Source: Candidatus Tayloriibacteriota bacterium
GTDB taxonomy: Bacteria; Patescibacteriota; Minisyncoccia; Phycocordibacterales; CAIRYW01
Assembly: GCA_028286725.1 (NCBI GenBank)
Contig: JAQBQZ010000005.1
Coordinates: forward strand, 1-50,448
Length of the DNA: 50,448 nt
Reading direction: 5' to 3'
Shown here: piece by piece, positions 47,233 to 50,448 of the stretch
Position numbering within the stretch: the first letter of the stretch is position 1
Layout of the letters: the number at the start of each line of letters is the position of its first letter
Notes under the pieces: model-generated
Seen by the model: only the letters and a program-made list of their open reading frames with translations
Told to the model about the DNA's origin: nothing
Databases searched by the model: none
Position numbers and translations under genes: made by a program

Positions 47233-47826
47233 TTAACGTTTAAGTTGGCCTGCTGCACTGAGCAATCCCAAAAGGTACTGTCTCACATAAAATATCCTAG
47301 AACTCACTGTCCCCAGAGAGATATTGCACTGACGTGCAATCTCGAGGTAAGACATGCATTGGATAAATGAAAGACGGAAGATTGTCTGGTGATCCAAGCT
47401 TAATTCAGCAAAACCCATGTTAATAATGGTTAGTACATCTCCGAATTCCGCCACTTCCGAGGGGGAGCTGGCATGTGTGGGTACACTTTCGATGAATGGT
47501 CCTTGGTCTTCATCTTGAATTAAGCGACCTGCGTGATGTCTTTTTTCGGCTCTGTTGGCATCGAGGGTCACATGAATCGCGATAGTGAAGAGCCAGGTTT
47601 TAAAAGCGGACTCTTTCTTAAATTGATGGCGAAATCTCCATACTTTTAGCATTACCATTTGCACAATGTCATCGATCATATTTTGGTGAGGAGTATGACC
47701 TCGACAGATGTTCTCGATGTAATGAATATTATCTTGCATCAGCTCATTGAAAGCTTCCTTGTCACCAGCTTGCATTTTTTCGACAAGTTCCATCTCACTT
47801 GGGTTCTGTGGTTGTTCGGTTTGCAT
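47233..47826 (-). CDS. ECF-type sigma-70 factor
   Basis: GDKEAFNEL, DDIVQ, FKTWLFTIA, SYLEIA..ISLGTVSSRI. Confidence 0.85.
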   Translation of the reverse strand: MQTEQPQNPSEMELVEKMQAGDKEAFNELMQDNIHYIENICRGHTPHQNMIDDIVQMVMLKVWRFRHQFKKESAFKTWLFTIAIHVTLDANRAEKRHHAGRLIQDEDQGPFIESVPTHASSPSEVAEFGDVLTIINMGFAELSLDHQTIFRLSFIQCMSYLEIARQCNISLGTVSSRIFYVRQYLLGLLSAAGQLKR

Positions 47827-47948
47827 AGTGCTGTGGGTTGGTTCGTGTTCTACCTAAAAGCCTACTCCTCCCATATTCTTTGTCAATTTACTACAGTGCA
47901 TATCTTTTTCTCCTTTATACTTTCCATTTTCTCCCTTATACTAACCAT

Positions 47949-48389
47949 ATGTCATATATAGTGAACAAAAAGGCGCATTTCGACTATGAGATCCTGGAGA
48001 AATTCGTAGGAGGAATTGAATTAATCGGAATCGAAGTCAAATCGATCAAGAATAACCAAGGGTCACTCCTCGGGGCACATGTTGGTATTCGAGGTGGTGA
48101 AGCCTTCCTTTTGGGTTCTGATATTCCTCCGTATCAGATGACTAATACTCCAGAGAGTTACGAAAGAACTCGTGCACGAAAATTACTCCTCACTAAAAAA
48201 GAAATCAAAACACTCGCGGATGCAGAAAGCAAAAAGGGGACGACAATAATCCCGATTTCGCTTTTTCCAAAGGCAAACAAAATAAAAATAGAAATAGGAA
48301 TCGCTCGCGGCAAGAAAAAGTTTGATAAACGAGAATCAATAAAGAAAAGAGATGGTGAAAGGGAAATGAGGAGAGACATAAAAGCTTAG
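47949..48389 (+). CDS. smpB: SsrA-binding protein SmpB
   Basis: NKKAHFDY, GIELIGIEVKS, RKLLL, GKKKFDKRE. ATG 47949. Confidence 0.96.
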   Translation: MSYIVNKKAHFDYEILEKFVGGIELIGIEVKSIKNNQGSLLGAHVGIRGGEAFLLGSDIPPYQMTNTPESYERTRARKLLLTKKEIKTLADAESKKGTTIIPISLFPKANKIKIEIGIARGKKKFDKRESIKKRDGEREMRRDIKA

Positions 48390-48432
48390 AAGTAAAGAAG
48401 CTTAGGGCTTAGAAGGAGGAAAAATAAATATT

Positions 48433-48468
48433 AAAACAATACAGTGTACTAGTACACTGTATTGTTTT
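48433..48468. terminator. Perfect 36-bp palindrome, probable terminator after smpB
   Basis: AAAACAATACAGTGTACT|AGTACACTGTATTGTTTT. Confidence 0.7.
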
Positions 48469-48527
48469 TTAGGAAATAAAAAAAACGACAGGGTATTTCA
48501 CCTGCCGCCGTGTGATGATTGTGCTCA

Positions 48528-49226
48528 TCAAGCTTTTTGCTTTTGCTCGTCGAGGAACCGCTGACCATGACCGAGACGTGTGTCGATCAGTACATCCCTT
48601 TTGCAGAGAGGACATTCTTCGCCTTTCGGCACATCCCATTTCTGAAGATTGAGATCGATGAGTGAGACGACGAACCTGACTCCCAGCTTGTCAGCTGTGA
48701 CTCCTCCACGATTACAGAGGGCGCCGACCCCGATGGCTTTTCCACCACATTTTTCGATGATGTCGATGGTTTTTTGCGCACTTCCGCCACTGTTAAGGAT
48801 GTCTTCGATGGCAATCACTCCGTGTTCTTTGATTTTCTCAGCATAGGAAGAGCGGAGTTTAAACGGAGCTTTGTCATCAGTGAGACTTGTCTTCTCCGCA
48901 TAAAGCGATTGAATGACGATACCGTCTTCACGGGGGAAGAGGGTGTTCAGCCAATATGCAGTGAACGCACCGAGGGAGATTGCTCCCATTGGGGCTCCGA
49001 CAAGAGCAACAATGTCATTGTCTTCGAGACGGCATACCTCATTGATACGGTGAGCAAGTTCATGTCCGAGATGCATCAGATGAATCGGGTGGCTTCCTGG
49101 CGCGTCTTTGTCGATGTAAGTGTCCAGATGGGCTCCGGATGCACCAACGAAGTGGCCCGTGTTGACCGCGTCCATCAGTTCAAGGATCTGTTTGATCTCA
49201 GTATCACTGAGTCTTTTGAGTTTCAT
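48528..49226 (-). CDS. pyrE: Orotate phosphoribosyltransferase
   Basis: GHFVGASGAHLDTYIDK, PRPP motif IEDILNSGGS, ECPLC; adjacent to pyrF. Confidence 0.82.
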   Translation of the reverse strand: MKLKRLSDTEIKQILELMDAVNTGHFVGASGAHLDTYIDKDAPGSHPIHLMHLGHELAHRINEVCRLEDNDIVALVGAPMGAISLGAFTAYWLNTLFPREDGIVIQSLYAEKTSLTDDKAPFKLRSSYAEKIKEHGVIAIEDILNSGGSAQKTIDIIEKCGGKAIGVGALCNRGGVTADKLGVRFVVSLIDLNLQKWDVPKGEECPLCKRDVLIDTRLGHGQRFLDEQKQKA

Positions 49227-49233
49227 GAGTTTG

Positions 49234-49340
49234 GTGTTTGTAAAAGTACGAGAGGGCTACCCTCGCACATTTGTTGTTGAGTTTGGGTGAAGCCTGTTTG
49301 GCTATCTCAAATACTACTCACTTTCTAACTTGGTGCAAGT
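49234..49340 (-). promoter_or_regulatory. pyrE promoter and hairpin leader
   Basis: TTGCAC-17-TAGTAT, 9-bp hairpin plus UUUU, TTACAAACAC. Confidence 0.55.
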
Positions 49341-49400
49341 GTAAATATAAAAATAAAAAAGGGGATGATTCTTGCGAACCATCCCCCGTATACCTCTTTA

Positions 49401-50279
49401 TTATTTGAGGTATTTTGCGATCTCTTCATGAAGACGTTTTGCCTCGGTGGCCGCCGCTGCTTCGAAGTCTGTGCCTGCTGAGGCAAAGATGATGCTGCGT
49501 GATGAATTCACGAGGAAGTTTCTGCCCGCCACAGGCACCACGTCTTCCACTTTTGCGCCCTGAGCACCAACACCTGGAATGAGGATCGTCATTTCCGGCC
49601 CCACGAGTTTTCGAACTTCTGCCAATTCAGCGGGCGCAGTTGCACCAACGACGAGAAGACAATTCCTGTTTCGGTTCCAGGAGTGTTTTACTTGGAGTGC
49701 GATTCGCTGGTAAAAGCGAACCTCCCTCGCATGCCCGAGTCCCCATTGCCTGGACTGTTCCGAAGTAATGGTGGTCCAGAGATCCTGAAATTCTGCAGCA
49801 CCAGGATTTGATGTGCGACAGAGAATGATGATGCCTTTTTCGATGCGGTTCAAAAATGGCTGCAATGATTCGCTACCCATGTAAGGGGCGACAGTGATCG
49901 CATCAGCGCCGAGATCTTCGAAGGCGGATGTCACATAGCCGTCATTGGTGTTGCCGATGTCGCCGCGTTTTGCATCCAGGATGACCGGGATATGAGGAGC
50001 GACATGTTTTGCGTAACCAATCACGAGCTTCAAAGCTTCAATTCCGGCCGGACCATGCGCCTCAAAGAATGCGCTGTTCGGTTTGAAGGCTGCAGCATAA
50101 GGTGCTGTTGCTTCGATGATTTTGGTGCAAAATTCAACGAGTCTGCCTTTTACCGTGACAGCATTGAGACTTTGAGGAATCTTTCCCAGTTCGGGATCGA
50201 GTCCGACGCAGACGCGGAAGCCTTGCGCGAATCGTGTTTGAAGTAATGCGTGGAAGTTGCGGGATGATGTTGGTTTCAT
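49401..50279 (-). CDS. pyrF: Orotidine-5'-phosphate decarboxylase
   Basis: CVGLDP, FKPNSAFFE, ILDAKRGDIGNT, RTSNPGA, VVGAT, IPGVGAQG, NSSRSI. Confidence 0.96.
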   Translation of the reverse strand: MKPTSSRNFHALLQTRFAQGFRVCVGLDPELGKIPQSLNAVTVKGRLVEFCTKIIEATAPYAAAFKPNSAFFEAHGPAGIEALKLVIGYAKHVAPHIPVILDAKRGDIGNTNDGYVTSAFEDLGADAITVAPYMGSESLQPFLNRIEKGIIILCRTSNPGAAEFQDLWTTITSEQSRQWGLGHAREVRFYQRIALQVKHSWNRNRNCLLVVGATAPAELAEVRKLVGPEMTILIPGVGAQGAKVEDVVPVAGRNFLVNSSRSIIFASAGTDFEAAAATEAKRLHEEIAKYLK

Positions 50280-50283
50280 GGAT

Positions 50284-50384
50284 GTGTTTGTAATGAAGGG
50301 ATGTAAACGAACGGAGTAACCCGTTCATTTACGGATTTAACTTAGCCATCTCAAATACTACTTAGTTTTTAAACTTATACAAGT
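50284..50384 (-). promoter_or_regulatory. pyrF promoter and hairpin leader
   Basis: TTGTAT-17-TAGTAT, 12-bp hairpin, TTACAAACAC. Confidence 0.55.
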
Positions 50385-50448
50385 TTTGTATTGACAAAAA
50401 AATAGGGAAGAGTAACATATTATTTATGCAATTTAACAAAGCAAATCT

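Noticed and set aside
48390-48527. tmRNA gene next to smpB; tRNA or rRNA genes anywhere in the window
   Set aside because: The spacer is too short and holds only repeats and terminators. No cloverleaf or rRNA-like sequence was recognised.
9548-50328. Numerous 60-200-aa alternative-frame and antisense ORFs in the track (for example 21453-22043, 24295-24798, 42455-42949, 48774-49280)
   Set aside because: They are shadows of well-supported genes, with no recognisable motifs or expression signals.
1-50448. Alternative genetic code 25 (UGA=Gly) as in Gracilibacteria/Absconditabacteria
   Set aside because: Long conserved genes are intact under code 11, and TGA ends several ORFs at plausible C-termini (984, 2440).

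Overview
This window is a core-genome segment of a small-genome bacterium, inferred to be Patescibacteria (CPR, Parcubacteria-like). The inference rests on the missing rpmD/L30, the absence of Shine-Dalgarno motifs, many apparently leaderless genes and standard code 11 (TGA used as stop). The backbone is the str-S10-spc ribosomal protein superoperon (rpsL to secY-adk-map), broken into several transcription units by inserted single genes. It also carries rpmB, infC-rpmI-rplT, ndk, smpB and pyrE/pyrF. Accessory content includes a ComEC-like hydrolase, a phosphatase/kinase/TrmB cluster, a homoserine dehydrogenase, a 1998-aa modular fibre protein with an S74 chaperone domain, a four-helix-bundle gene, a VirD4-like ATPase, an XRE-DipZ unit and an ECF sigma factor. 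The most unusual signals are non-coding. (1) A 27-nt hairpin micro-element is inserted in frame into the four-helix-bundle gene and into a heptamer-repeat array after secY, within a wider set of 7-8-nt tandem repeat arrays. (2) A close mimic of the 16S rRNA S8-binding site lies in the rpsN-rpsH leader. (3) A Met/Cys-rich micro-ORF and a structured leader precede homoserine dehydrogenase. (4) pyrE and pyrF share a duplicated promoter-hairpin leader. All calls were made by eye from motifs; no database searches were run.
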